From Folioceros fuciformis (lineage: Eukaryota): a stretch of 46,521 bases of DNA. The notes beneath the pieces were generated by a model. It did not search any database. It saw nothing but the letters and a program-made list of their open reading frames with translations, and was not told the DNA's origin. Position numbers and translations under genes: made by a program. The first letter of the stretch is position 1. The number at the start of each line of letters is the position of its first letter. The DNA is taken from positions 1-46,521 of the forward strand of contig JBNGIO010006138.1 of NCBI GenBank assembly GCA_049999805.1, read 5' to 3'. Shown here piece by piece: positions 20,399-33,829 of the stretch.

Positions 20399-23300
20399 AT
20401 GGAGCAGCTGAAGACTATCAGCCGGGAGCTCACCATGGGCGCCACGCAGGGATGGAACTCGTCCAAGGAGTTCATGGATCTGGTGAAATCTATCGGGGAG
20501 GCCAAGTCCAAGGCTGAGGAAGAGCGTATCATGGCTACGGAGATCGAGACTCTGAAGCGCAGGATCGGGGATCCCGACGTGCCGCCTAAAAAGATGAAGG
20601 AGTACATCATTCGGCTAGTGTATGTGGAAATGCTGGGCCACGATGCTTCCTTCGGCTACATACACGCGGTGAAGATGACGCACCGGGATAATCTGCTGCT
20701 GAAGAAGAGCGGCTACCTGGCTGTTACTCTCTTCCTCAACGAGGATCACGATCTAATCATCCTGATTGTCAACACCATTCAGAAGGATCTGCGATCCGAC
20801 AATTATCTGGTGTGCTGCGCAGCTCTTACAGCCGTGTGCCGTCTGATCAACGAAGAGACCATTCCGGCAGTGCTGCCGCAGGTAGTGGAGCTGCTGTCTC
20901 ATCCCAAGGAGCTGGTGAAGAAGAAGGCCGTTATGGCTCTGCATCGATTCTATCAGAGGGCGCCTGCCACGGTGGCGCATGTCATGGGCAAATTTCGAGA
21001 GGTGGGCTGGATGTGTGGTTGAATCTGTGAGTTCGTGATACACGTCACGTTTTCGGCTGCATCGGCGGCAATAGTATGCAACCGTTGGTTCGGGATGGAG
21101 CATCTCCAGTCCTTCTGCACATTAGTCACCTGCATCTCTTCAGCGTTTGCCCGTATGATGTCCTGTGTTGTCGAATTGGTCGAAGTTCGCCCCTTGGTTC
21201 AGGATGGTCTGTGGCTCTTCCAGCTGTGAAGCCCTGAATGAAGCTTATGGCACAAGGATGTTTCAGGAACGCCTGGGTTCCGAATCTGTGTGGGTTGTAT
21301 AAGTCTGTAGGATTGTAGGATTGTGGATGGCGTCATCTGAAAGGCCTGTAGGCTTTGGGAGCTGTGAAAGCCTTAGACAGCAATATCCTCACTGTCACGA
21401 ATTGTTTGAAGAATGAACGTGTGATGGTAGCTTTGGTGTTATGAGAAAGGCAGGCACATGATTGATCTGTGTTCTTTGCATGGCAGATTTTGTGCGACAA
21501 GGATCCCAGTGTTATGGGCGCTGCTCTCTGTGGCCTGTACGATATTATCTCCGCGGATGCTCGCCCGTATAAGAATATGATTGCCAGTTTTGTCGGTATA
21601 CTGAAGCAGGTGGCAGAACATCGACTCCCTAAGATGTATGATTATCATCGAGCACCGGCTCCTTTTGTGCAGGTACTACAGTTAAAGTGAAGGCATCTGT
21701 CACCGTGAATGCATTGCAGTGCGTCTGAGTATGGTGAGCGGTTGGCATGGTGTAGAGTTGGCATTTGCTAGTGCAGTCTGAACCGCTTACCTACATTCTT
21801 TGTGCTTAACTTGCAGATCAAGCTGTTGAAGATATTGGCCTTGCTGGGAAATGGTGATAAGTACATTAGTGAGAACATGTACAGTGTGCTAGGGGATGTC
21901 CTGAAAAGAAGTGACGCAAGTCACAACATTGGAAATGCTATCTTATACGAATGCATATGTACTATCACAACAATCTATCCAAATACAACACTCTTGGAGC
22001 AAGCAGCTGACATAACCTCGACGTTTTTGAAGGTTGGACCCTTGTCACGTTTATCATGGCTCTTTCCTGTCACTTGCATCTCGACAAAATTGCTGTCCTT
22101 GACTGATGAGAACTGACATGTTCCGTGTTAAATTTTCCAGACCAACAGTCATAATCTGAAATACATGGGTATTGATGCTTTGGGCAGGATCATCAAGATC
22201 AATCCTGAATTTGCTGAACAGCATCAGCTTGCTGTCATCGACTGTTTAGAGGTGTGTAATCAGCTGTCATACTGATTGTGTTACGTGAGATACTTGAACA
22301 GTTGATGTTGACTCTCTTTGGCCCGCCTTGCTCATTTCCTGCAGGATCCAGATGACACTTTAAAGCGGAAAACGTTGGATCTTCTGTACAAGATGACAAA
22401 ATCAACAAATGCTGTGGTGATTGTTGATCACATGATCAACTACATGCGGACCATCAATGATGCTCACTACAAGACAGAAATCTCCTCTCGGATCATTGAC
22501 CTGGCGGAACGCTTTGCTCCTAGCAATCACTGGTTCATACAGGTATTGAAGAACTGTGTCCTCCCCTCCAGGGACTCTGCTGAATGTTGAGTTGACATGA
22601 CACACCACTCAAAGCCATAGTTAGTGATGTATACCGATTTTCATATATGTTGGCCTGCTCCCTGCAGACAATGAACCAGGTTTTTGAACTTGCTGGAGAC
22701 CTAGTGCCTCCCAAGGTGGCCCATGATCTTATGCGGCTCATAGCTGAGGGTGCTGGTGAGGAAGATGAAGATGCTGACAGCCAGTTAAGGTCATCAGCGG
22801 TGAGTTCAAACCTTGGCAGAGCCTTTCCTATCTGACTGACGTTTTACTTCAGCTGTTTCTAGGATTCATTGTTCCTGCTTAGCACAGCATATAGACTTGC
22901 TTGGGTCCACTGTCTGACAATTCTTAGAGCATTGTGTGTCTTTCAGGTGGAATCATATCTGATTGTGCTCCGAGAGCCAAAGCTTCCATCCATCCTTTTG
23001 CAGGTATCTTATCTCTGCAAGCTGAAAGTTCTATCCTGGCAATTTGATGAAGTTTGTGATTGCCTTGGAGATACTGTCAACTCAACCCGTGTATAGGTTA
23101 TATGCTGGGTTTTGGGCGAGTACGGAACAGCTGATGGGTCGCACTCTGCCAAGGAAATTGTCGGCAAGCTTTGTGAGGTGGCAGAGTCTCATCCTGCTGA
23201 TGATACAGTTAAGGTGAGGTTTTGCTTTTAACACCCAAAAGGCGGCTTCTGGCAGTAGTTTATGTAGCATAGGTGTCAGTAAGGTTTCAAAAATACGTAT

Positions 23301-24962
23301 CAAAAGGTACTCAAAAATTAATCACAAGGTTGATGCGCAGGGTTATGTGATCACAGCTATAACAAAGATACTTGCTTTTGAAGTTATTTCTGGGAGGCAC
23401 TTGGAGCTTCTATCTGAGGTAAAATAGCTTCATGATGATTGGATGCAACCCTGTAGTCCTTGGATAACCTCTTTCTTCGACGCATGGCACCAAAATCTGT
23501 GAAATTTTTTTTTGCAGTGCCAGCCTTTGGTGGACGAGCTTTCAACCTCACACTCAACTGACTTGCAGCAGCGCGCATATGAGCTACAAGCTCTTTTGCA
23601 ACTAAGTAAAGACATTTTGTCTACTGTAATGCCCATGGATGCAAGCTGTGAAGACATTGAGGTATTACTAACCTTTTGATTCCCAGTATGAACCTGAGAT
23701 GATCTGAGACTTTGCTTGCTCTACCTTCAGGTCCTTTCGCTAAGGGATATTCATATGATGGTACTTGGCAGGTTGATAGATCTCTTTCTTTTCTGGATGA
23801 CTTTGTGGTATCCGCCTTATCAAAAGGTGCCCGTGCATACGTATCAGAAAAGGATCGGGTGAACTTTGGTGGATTCTCCTCCTTGGTGAACTATAGTGAA
23901 CCTTCTACTCAAGGTCTGCGTTTTGAGGCATATGAAAAGCCTTCACTTCCCGTACCAGTTATCACAGCTCCTGTGGCGACTCCTTTTGTTGAACCTGATA
24001 GCGTGGAGCTGGGACGAGGTTCCAACTCGAGGCTTTCTTCTCTTTCCGTGCAAGAGGTTGAGTTGGGGGCCTCTGATAGCTCAAGATTGCGCATGGATGG
24101 TGTCCAAAAGAAATGGGGACGGCCAACTCATAGTGTTGGTTCTTCTTCATCCTCATCTGATAAGGACAGGGGACCCAGTAATGGGTCAACCAGACCTGGT
24201 ACAGAAAGTGCAGGTGTATTTGGCAGTAGAGACCACACAAGCTCCAAGGAGACTCGGTATACAGAAAAGAAGAAGGAGCCAGTCGTGTCAGCAGAGAAGA
24301 AATTGCTTGCCGCATCATTGTTTGGAGCACCTTCCAGCGCAGAGAAGGGTGCAAGATATTCTAGCAGCGGCGGCGCAAAATCAGTCAGGCCTGCAGGACA
24401 GAAACCAGTTCGACAAGCTAATGTGGTAGAGAACAGGCATCCATCTGCTGTGGCGGATCAGGCAGCTGGCCCTAACAGGCAACCCATTACATCGACGTTT
24501 GTGCCGCGTGACCTGGTTGATCTTAGTGATGGGCCAGTAGCTGCAACCACAGCTGTGACCAGCTTAAATGATCCTTTCAAGCAGTTGGAGGGGCTGCTTG
24601 ATGTTGGTTCTTCTGAAGTTGCTACAACAGCACCTGCGGCAAGTAAACCAACGCTTGACCTCCTGTCTCTCTATGGTGACAGTAATCTCGGTGGGAATGG
24701 GATCTCACATTTTGTAGGAGGGGATGCGGCGTCTGCGACCATGCACAGTAGTGATAACGTTCCTGGAGTTCTCTCGGGGCTTTTAGATTCGGGTGGACCC
24801 ATAACATCGTCTATAGACAGTGCCTATGGGTTACCTGTGCCTTTGGTCACAAAGAAGGGTCACTCCCAGCAAGGTGCTTTGGAAAAGGATGCAGCTTCTC
24901 GACAGGTGGGTGTGACTCCTTCTGATCCAAATCCCGATTTGTTCAAGGATCTATTCAGCTAG
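20399..24962 (+). CDS. AP4E: AP-4 complex subunit epsilon, 11 exons
   Basis: MEQLKTISRELTMG...SKEFMDLVKSIGEAKSKAEE adaptin N-terminus and C-terminal NPDLFKDLFS. Exons 20399-21001, 21487-21672, 21817-22032, 22141-22251, 22345-22542, 22668-22799, 22947-23003, 23097-23213, 23341-23418, 23518-23661 and 23772-24962, with GT-AG introns. Confidence 0.95.
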
Positions 24963-26466
24963 GTCGTGAGTTCGAAGTCCATAGTGATGCGATCAGTTTG
25001 ATTCGAGCTGTGCATTTCCAGTATCAAGCCAAAGCGGAATTATTAGGCACACTTTAGCGTACGAATGTAGAGTTGAGAGTTGGTCTGACTCTTGGAAATG
25101 GCACTAGCGACAATTGTCCCGCTGTAGTGATCAGAGACTCGGCCCGGTCACGTGACCGGGTGCGTTTCCAAATCATATGGGACTATTGTCCGTGGCGTGT
25201 TGCTCCTTAGTCTCTGTAATGGTGAAGCTTTGATACCTACTTGGACATTCCAAGCCCAGGAGTTTAATAGTTCTTAAGAACTCAGCACCTCATGTGCAGC
25301 TGATGGGAACAATGACGTGAGATGGAATCTGAGGAGGCTGACGAAGAAATCTTTTCAAACCTTACAAATGTGGCGAACACTTATCGGTGTTGTTGCAGGC
25401 GCATTGTCTGCAAGTTGTCAGAAGTGTGAAGTAGAAGGCTACCTCGGAAACATTATTGTGTGCCCAGTTTGGAGAAGATCCCGGAGGCCTTTATTCCCTT
25501 GTCCGAGGTTTGATCATTCTCACAAAACAAACGTAGATGTACTTCAACGGACAGTAGTTTTGTCCAAAATAATAATACTGGCTTAGACTCTGGGTCCAAA
25601 TTGGCTCACCAAGCATGGCTGGCAGCAAGTGGCGGAGGGAAGAGGCTCTGCAACTGGATGAACAGGCCCAGGACATGTGCCGGCACCTCGGGCCGTCGTC
25701 AGGGGGATGCGCCGGAGCTGCAACCTGGCTGGGCAAGCTCCCCGCCGCGCCGAGAGGGCCGGGTCTGGCCGGACATGTGCGCCTGAGAGGAGGAATCTGC
25801 GCTGCGCTGCGCTGCAGCAGGCATGCCTTGTATAGCAGCTAAGCCCGCCCTCACAGCCTCGTAAGTGAGCTAGCTGTCTTCCCGTCACCAGCTTGAGAGC
25901 ATCACAGCAATCAAATCTGGACAGAAATCCAGCAAAGTTCCAGACCTCTTGGCCCGAGCTGACTACGGCAGAGTGGCTCCCTGGAGCAAAGCCCCGTGAC
26001 GGCCACGTTGCCTCTTAATCATACTTTGTACATACATTAAATCTATTCACAATTGAACAGTAGTTTGTAATATGAGAATATAAAAAATATATAATATTAC
26101 AAAAAAACCTATATGCTTAGATAGATCAAAGAAACAAACGCTTAATTACTGTAGGAATTAGCTTCAACAAACCCAATTACCTGCAAGACTTCATACATTA
26201 ACTTAGGATATTAAATATTACTTTCTTATATAATTGAGATCATTTAATAATTTTTTACATTTTAATATTAACATCTTGCTGGATAAATTATTTAGTCATA
26301 GATCTGGAAATAAAGAATAATCGAAATTGAAAGAAAAAACACGTAATAATATATTATGTAAAAGTTTTTATTTAAATGATTTGAAGATATTTTTATATTA
26401 CTACATACAATACACTTTACATTGTGCTACAAGGCTTGTTTGTTGTTGTGGTACTTTGGTCACAAC

Positions 26467-28023
26467 ATGGCTATCAATTGTTATGATGTTTTGAAAGAAA
26501 CATTGTTGCCCCAACCTTATGGACCAGGACCAACATCTCCTTTGAAGACTGCAATTGTACGAAGATTAATAAAATGGCCTTTCAAAGAAGAAGTTCGTAA
26601 TTTTTTCTCACAACAACACATCAAAGATAAATTGGTCAACACCTATTCCATGAGGCAGTATCCCAGAACCATAGTTAAAAGAGGAGAAAAAATCCAAAAT
26701 AATGCAGATGTAGAATGCATACTTAGGGAATGTGTCTTCAAACCAGTGAATTTTGTTTGTCAAACAGTTCTCGGTCTTGATGTTATGTTTGGGATTGCAG
26801 AGTCCACATTTTGTTTGGCTGCATCTCAAGTTGATTGTTCAATGTGGAAATTGGTCCGAAATGAGAATAAAGATCTTATTCAGTCACAATTACTAGTTCC
26901 CATTGATGTCAAAGACATCTTTCATTTCTATGTTGATGGAGAACACTTAGTAAATATGTACAACTCTCCCCCTAAATGGGAAAAGGTGGTGAGATACGTC
27001 AAACAAATTTTAATGTACATGATAGAAGAAGGGTCTTTACTCGGAGTGTTAGCATCAGATCGAGAACATATTTTTTTTCTTAGATCTCCTAATCCTCAGG
27101 ATAAGAACTTGTATGTGTCAGAAACCATTTTGTTCCATGAGGATGATCCCACAGTTCGTGAAGCCTACACGTACTTGTCTTATTTGGCAGTGACCCAGTA
27201 CGCTACTAAGTTGCCTATTAAAGATGTGAAAATTAGTCTTCATGAGAAAACATGGCTTTCAACATTTCTTGGAAGAAGAAAATCGCAAATACTAAGTGAG
27301 GTTAAAAGATCATCTTTAGCTTTTGAATCTCATACTAGATCTAGTATTCTGAAAGGGAATTTGAGTTTTAGTGACAGACCAAAAACTGCACCAAAAGTCT
27401 CTAGGTATGCAAAGTTTGATCATATAGGGAAATCTAAACCAATAGAAAATGAAGACAAATCTGAAACCAAGGTTTGGTTTAAGTCTTTGACAGAGTTTTC
27501 CTTTACATTTTTACATCTAGGAGAGGTCATAAGCAAGACCAAAACCACTATAGTTCGAGAGGGAAGCATTTTTAAAACTCAAGTTGTAGTGAAGTTGTAT
27601 AATTTTAGTGACCATGATGGAACTTTGGAAAAATTCTACAAAGAAGTAAAAGCATATGAAACATTGTTTGATCTGCAAGGAGAATGTCTTCCCTTGATGA
27701 TAGCTTATGGCTCTCTTTTTGGAGGGATGCAAGGATTTCTTGCACTGTCCAAGGAAGGCTCTAACTTGAATGCATTCTCGTCATCAACATCACCAATCTC
27801 ACATTCACATCTAAGATATCTGATCAGGAGGATACACGGTTATGGTATCTGCCACAATAATTTAAGCTTATATAACATTGTATCTAGGTATAGGAACTAT
27901 GCACCAAATTACAGATTTATTGATTTTGCAAACTGTAAATTCGAAGCATCCACGAACGAATTATTGCGAGAGGAGGAAGCTGTTGTGAGACGTGGGTTTG
28001 ACAAGCATAGCATGGAAGCTTGA
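26467..28023 (+). CDS. Intronless ~518-aa protein: restriction-endonuclease-like N-terminal domain plus C-terminal kinase-fold domain (Crinkler/CR-effector-like)
   Basis: First ATG at 26467. The N-terminal part has VDC...LVPIDVK...VKQILMYM...LGVLAS...IFFLR. The C-terminal part has VVVKLY, EVKAYETLFDLQGECLP, IHGYGICHNNLSLYNIV and FIDFA. The gene is markedly AT-rich compared with its neighbours. Confidence 0.75.
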   Translation: MAINCYDVLKETLLPQPYGPGPTSPLKTAIVRRLIKWPFKEEVRNFFSQQHIKDKLVNTYSMRQYPRTIVKRGEKIQNNADVECILRECVFKPVNFVCQTVLGLDVMFGIAESTFCLAASQVDCSMWKLVRNENKDLIQSQLLVPIDVKDIFHFYVDGEHLVNMYNSPPKWEKVVRYVKQILMYMIEEGSLLGVLASDREHIFFLRSPNPQDKNLYVSETILFHEDDPTVREAYTYLSYLAVTQYATKLPIKDVKISLHEKTWLSTFLGRRKSQILSEVKRSSLAFESHTRSSILKGNLSFSDRPKTAPKVSRYAKFDHIGKSKPIENEDKSETKVWFKSLTEFSFTFLHLGEVISKTKTTIVREGSIFKTQVVVKLYNFSDHDGTLEKFYKEVKAYETLFDLQGECLPLMIAYGSLFGGMQGFLALSKEGSNLNAFSSSTSPISHSHLRYLIRRIHGYGICHNNLSLYNIVSRYRNYAPNYRFIDFANCKFEASTNELLREEEAVVRRGFDKHSMEA

Positions 28024-28338
28024 AGTCTCACCAAACTAGGCTACTTTTGTTTGGTTGAAAATGGAAGTTACGGTTCTGGCGTTAACCCTGTCATCCATTG
28101 TCGTTGCCAAGATTGCACGGTTTGCGAATTTGAGCTCCACGATTGCTTGGCTTAAATGTGGACCAGTGCTTGAAATTTGCAACTTGGAGATGGATGTGCC
28201 AAACGGACTATCGAGAATTGCAGAAGCCCGCATCTCAACGTAATGTGAAAAGCAGTTTACGATAGAATCGAAGCAGAGATCACGCGGTTTTCTTGCTGGA
28301 TTTTCTGCAGACTCTGATAATGTGTCCCACAGCGGATA

Positions 28339-28427
28339 GAGCAAATCCAAGCAGAACAGTAGGCTGACACGTTAAAAGGAGCAAATCCAAGCAGAACAGT
28401 AGGCTGACACGTTAAAAGGAGCAAATC
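28339..28427. repeat. Exact 40-bp tandem duplication (2.2 copies)
   Basis: gagcaaatccaagcagaacagtaggctgacacgttaaaag at 28339-28378 and 28379-28418, followed by gagcaaatc. Confidence 0.95.
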
Positions 28428-28590
28428 GTACAAATACAATACATGGAGGAAGAATGTGGGTTTACACCACAAGTCACAAGTTCATGGTGACGAATTGGAA
28501 TCGTGACAGTAGAATACAAACAAGGCAAGACATTGCCTCTAGGGCAGCTACAAATTGAACTCTGTACAGTTGAATCTAGAAGCAAAGAGA

Positions 28591-29211
28591 CTAGACCCTC
28601 TCCTGTTGTAGCATTTCCCGGATTTCGTCAAGAACAAGCCACGCCTTGTGGCCACCAATCACCTCCGCCTTCTTCTCACCGTTGACCCAAAGCTGGATGG
28701 TAGGCATCTTGGTGACCTCAGCCCGCTTCACCAGAGAGGACGGAACAGCATTGACATCGATGCAGAAGAACCTGGTGTCAGGATGGTACTCCGCTGCCAG
28801 CCTCTCCAGCTTCGGCTTCAAGTAGATGCATTTCCTGCACCAGCTAGCCATCCACTCGATCACAATCCGCTTGCCCTCCGCCTGCGCCTCTGCCAGCAAT
28901 ACATTGAATTGCTCCTCTCCCGTGATGGGCTCCAGCTCCACAGCCACAGGCTTCTCCTCTCGAGGTCCTACCCCAAACAGCGCTCCAACCCTGGCGGTCA
29001 CCACCTGCGTGCTGTGCCCATTGCTGCCAACGCTAATGCCATCGCCATTCCAAGCCAGCCCGCTGTCCAGTCCGCCTTTCCTCCACTCCTGCAGTCTGGG
29101 GCAGGCAATCCTGCTCTCAGCTGCAGCTCCTTTCCCGCCAACAGGAGCTTTGGCTTGACAAACATGTAAGCCAGTGCGTTGGCAAACCTGCTGCACAGCT
29201 GACGAAGCCAT
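28591..29211 (-). CDS. WCRKC: Chloroplastic thioredoxin-like protein, WCRKC type (thioredoxin-like 3)
   Basis: 206-aa single-exon ORF with a transit-peptide-like N-terminus, active site ASWCRKC and MPTIQLW...EVIGG. Confidence 0.93.
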   Translation of the reverse strand: MASSAVQQVCQRTGLHVCQAKAPVGGKGAAAESRIACPRLQEWRKGGLDSGLAWNGDGISVGSNGHSTQVVTARVGALFGVGPREEKPVAVELEPITGEEQFNVLLAEAQAEGKRIVIEWMASWCRKCIYLKPKLERLAAEYHPDTRFFCIDVNAVPSSLVKRAEVTKMPTIQLWVNGEKKAEVIGGHKAWLVLDEIREMLQQERV

Positions 29212-29728
29212 GTTGGGTCCAGCCCCTGCCCTTGTGTCCGCTGTCCGCCTCCTTCTCCGAGTTTATCCAAACTGATGTTGCCCATCAGCACTCGCCACGT
29301 CATAGACATGCTAATCTGCCTCTAAGATCAGCTTCCCACACTTGCTAACACGGCTCCGCTGGTCCATCGCTGCCGCGGCAGCTGCCTTTCAAGACAGTGC
29401 ATGATATGCTGTCTGTCCCTTCTCGCTGCCACGGCCATCTCGCAAGTTCTGTGCGCCCACCGAAGGAATCATGAATGAACCAACCAGTAATTTTCACCGA
29501 GGCGATTTGTGATGGAATCCGAATTTCACGCTTCCAATAGGGCCAGAAGATCTTGGGTCATGTCATGATTGCCATCACTAGATCGTGCAGCAAAGAAGAG
29601 CCCAGCGGAAGCTGACAAGCCCGCATGACAGATATGGTAGTGTCTGGGCTTGAGTCGGGGTTTAAAACGGCAATTTATATTATCAGGGCGGAGGCTCGAG
29701 CGCGAGAGCTGATGCTTGCGCCTTCGGC

Positions 29729-32061
29729 ATGGCCGCGGCAGAGATGGCCGGAAAGAAGGATGCTGGAAAGGGATCCGAGAAGTCGCTAGCAGCAGAGCCT
29801 AAAGCTACCGTGGTGTTGCCATGGATGCGCAATCCGCTCAAGATTGAAAAGCACGATCCTGTTCCGCTCCAGCAAGTGGTCGGGTTGGATCCAAGGTTAG
29901 GGTTACAGGGGTTTGGGGGTGGCTTGCTTTGCTGTCATGCCTGTTGGCGTTGGTAAAGGGTGATGGGAAAGCTGACGGTGTGCCATACTGATATGCCAGA
30001 CTTAGAGATGCCCTTCACAAGATTGGAATCAGCAGCTTGTTTCCAGTACAGGTTGCTGTCTGGCATGAAGCTGTGGGTTACGGAGGAGGGGAGCACGATA
30101 TTTGTGTCAGCTCGCCGACTGGGAGTGGCAAAACTCTTGCGTATGCTCTTCCCATAGTGCAATTGCTGTCCTCCAGAGTGATCAGGCGACTCCGGGCACT
30201 GGTTGTTCTCCCTACGCGTGATCTTGCCTTGCAGGTATCTCTACCGTGTGTTCTTTTTCTCTGTGGTGAGCGCATTTGCATCGGATTGTGTTGATGCAGC
30301 ACCTGACTCCGGTTTACGGTTGCGGTGGAGTTTTCAGGTCAAGGCAGTGTTTGATAGTATAGCGCCTGCAGTTGGCTTGTCGGTTGGCTTGGCTGTTGGT
30401 CAGACTCGATTCTCCACTGAGGCAGCAGACATTGTCAAGCGACCTAGGCCGGTAGTTTCTTGCTATCGGATGGTGGATCGAGAAGACCAATTCGCTTTCA
30501 GTGGCGTGGATATCCTTGTAGCAACACCTGGACGTCTCATGGACCATCTGAGAGCCACAGACGGTTTTACTTTGCAACACTTGAGCTATCTTGTAGGGCT
30601 GCAGCTGTTGTAACGAGCTTGCTTTGCGGAGAGTATACACCTACTTTGCCTGAGAACGACTAATATTTGGACAGGTTGTGGATGAAACTGACAGGCTACT
30701 CCGTCAATCATACCAAAACTGGTTGCCCAGTGTCCTAGAGGCAGCAGAGGTGTCCCACCATGTTGGTAGAGATCCGAGTATTGCTACTTCGTTGCTGGAT
30801 CCAGTTCAGACTATCAGACGCCAGTGAGTTTGTTTTCTATTTGTGTTCGGATGCAAGAGTTTGCCACTAGTAAGTTGACTCCCTCTGACGATTAATTTGT
30901 TGCAGGGCACTAGACAGGGGTCTGAAGGGGGTCAAGTTTCCACGGGTTATGAAGTTGGTTCTATCAGCTACGTTGACCAAGGATCCTGCCAAAATTTTGC
31001 AACTAGGTCTGCACCGTCCCCTTTACATTTCTTCATCACAATCAGAAAGTCGGTATAAAATTCCGAAGGAGCTCCAGGCGTATCAGCTGGTAAGATCTGC
31101 GTATTTTCGTCATTTTTTGTGAACTTGTCATTCGGAGGCCCTTTCATGAGCCGTTCTGAATTGGGAAACTCTGTGTCACCACTCTTAGGTTTGCAAGGCT
31201 GGGGAAAAGCCTTTGTATTTGGTTGCACTCCTTCAAAGCTTGAAAGGGCAGAAAACCATTGTCTTCACTGCGTCAATAGAGGAAAACCATCGTCTTTACC
31301 TTCTCCTGAAAGCATTTCAGGGTGTTTCATTTGAGTGCGCGGAGTATTCAAGCCGACAACATCAGCTAAGTCGCAGGTAATGCAAGATATAAGTGGAGTT
31401 AATTTGTCAGGGCAGCACTTCGCACACAATAGCCCTGATGTGAAACTGTTTTGCCAGCAAGGCACTGGCAGCTTTCAGAACGGGGCTTGCCGATGTGCTC
31501 GTGGCATCCGACGCCATGACTCGGGGAATGGATGTGGAGGGAGTAATGCACGTGGTCAACTACGATGTGCCTGTCTACGCGAAAACCTATGTTCATCGAG
31601 TTGGTAGAACTGCTCGCGCTGGGAATCCAGGCTGCGCCTATACATTGCTTAGAAGGGAAGAGGTATCACACAGATTCCACTGTTGTCTCTTGGTTCTATG
31701 TGAGCAGTGAGATGGTCTGTCTTTTGTTGTCGTCATTTCGGAATCTTGAGTGATGTCTCATGACAGGTACGAAATTTCAAGGCTATTTTGAGGAAAGCTG
31801 AGAATAGCTCTTGCAAGACGTTAAAGTTGCCAATGTCTGCTACCAAGGCTCTCAGTCCTCAATATCTGGAAGGTACATAGATTTTCACATGACTCTCGTT
31901 TCACAACCACAGTTCCGCACCAGCTAGAATCTTACTTGCCGTTGGCCTGTGCCATAGCTCTGGATCGCTTGAAGGACATGGTTGCTGCTGAAGCGGCTGG
32001 TGGCAACATTGATGAGCCATCACAGCCTGAGCGTGGGGAGGGTACGAGTCCCGCTTCATAG
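29729..32061 (+). CDS. RH1: DEAD-box RNA helicase 1 (DDX51/Dbp6 family), 9 exons
   Basis: Q motif LFPVQ, SPTGSGKTLAY, PTRDLA, TPGRL, DETD, SAT, RGMD and YVHRVGRTARAG. Exons 29729-29895, 30000-30234, 30338-30592, 30675-30823, 30906-31089, 31189-31376, 31458-31662, 31767-31872 and 31958-32061. Confidence 0.93.
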
Positions 32062-33829
32062 CTTTAAAAATGTGCTCCTGTCACGGTAGGAGGCAGAGCT
32101 CTCGGTTCCACTCCGCTATTCAAGGGCACGAGCTGTACCTGGGACCCTGGATTGGGTAATGGAGGATGAAGGCTGAAGTAGTTGGGTGCCTGCGTTTGAG
32201 GGAAGGCATGCGTCTTACGGATCTCGATCCCCTACAGAAGGCTGGCCAGCTCCATGTATGAAACTGTCCGTTCCCTGCCCCGGAACGGACACGTTACGGC
32301 AATTTTCAATTTTGATATTTCTTGCTGCACGCAATTCAGCAGCGAGCTTTTGAGACGTCATTCTTGTTGTGTGATTGTGTTACCTTTGCCAAGCTTATAC
32401 AACGGAAATGTTTTGTGGGCATCAGTTCTCCGGTACTCTTCCTCAAAATAGGTTCTTTTTGTCATGCATCTTTACACGTGAGGAGGCCCAAAGCTTCCAC
32501 TTGTGGCCGCCAGAAATTTTGTGTACGTGGTGTGCTTCTTTTTTGTTGCCGATGTGCCAATTGTCGTGCCCCAAGGCTTCCCACTTTTTGGTGTCGTGCT
32601 TGCATGCCACTTGCGTCCGAGGTGGAGTGGGGCTGGAGTTCCTGTGGCCCTTTCTAAGTGCTTGAATGGCCGTTCTCCACGTAAGGGCTCTGGCTGTCGT
32701 TTCAGCGGACAGGCACCGAAATTCCACCGTGAATTCGCTTCTCGGATTCCCTGAGTAGGTGATCATCCAGGGGCAAAATGCCCGTTGCAAACTCACCGAC
32801 CCCTTAGTTATGCGTTGAAAGGGTTGCAAGTATTCTCAATTAGGTGGAAAGGGGGGGAGAAGCTGGGCTGAGTACATATGTAGTAGTAGTAGTAGTTGCT
32901 GCAGAAAATTGCCCAGCCAATCACCCAACAAGCAAGTCTGTAGAAACGGCTTTGGCACTGGCATATTCGTCATTGTACATACAAGCATCGCTTGCTGGTC
33001 TTCCTAGACGGGGTTTCGCAAAACTGACTTGCTTGACTTATTCCAGGACAGCATTGTACCATATTTAGTACACTTAACGGGAAATGGAGGGTACATCGAT
33101 GAAGACTTGCAGCGACCACGCATGCAGCAGACGTCATTCTCCGGATCTCCCGTGGACTTAGGCTCATCTCATTACATGCTGCTTGAATCCCTAGTCTTGG
33201 GCTCTACCCGCCGTGATTCGCATGCTTGAGGGATCCCGGTCGCCTCTCTGTGCGCCGATACTGTGATTAAAGAAAGGCGCAGAACAGGTATCTTGTGAAG
33301 AGTGCGGCTCGTGCGTGTGAAACGGGGTGGGTGCTGTCCCAGGACTCCCAGGGCAATGGCTTGTGTCATCATAAGACTGCCAGCACAAACTTCAAGGGCA
33401 CGCCACATACATTCACCAGTTGGAGATGAGACAAGGAACGGATCGTCAGGGACAACACCGAGCAGGACAGAGACGGCAGGCCCGCCTGAATCGGACTTTT
33501 TCTTACTGACAAGAAAGCATCCACTGTCTGACACGAGAAGACGAGAAGCGCCCTCCACCGTGAACAATGGGCTAGATGCAGAGTGTATTTTGGACTGTTT
33601 GGAGAGTTCGAACCGACATACCACCGGTGGGACACTGGACGCTAGCACAACTTTCCAATTCCGTGGTACTTTACACAAAAACAAAAGGACAGGAAAGAGG
33701 GAAACGTGGACGACGGCGTGGGGATCCCCCTATGGCTTCGCCTCCTGGCACTCTCACAACACCATCTGTAAGGCTACGTACAGTCGCCACACTGCTCCAG
33801 TACAATTATGACTGTACTATATAGTTGCA

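Noticed and set aside
32250-33810. Overlapping 100-170-aa ORFs on both strands between RH1 and cytochrome b561
   Set aside because: No domain features and low coding plausibility; likely UTR or intergenic.
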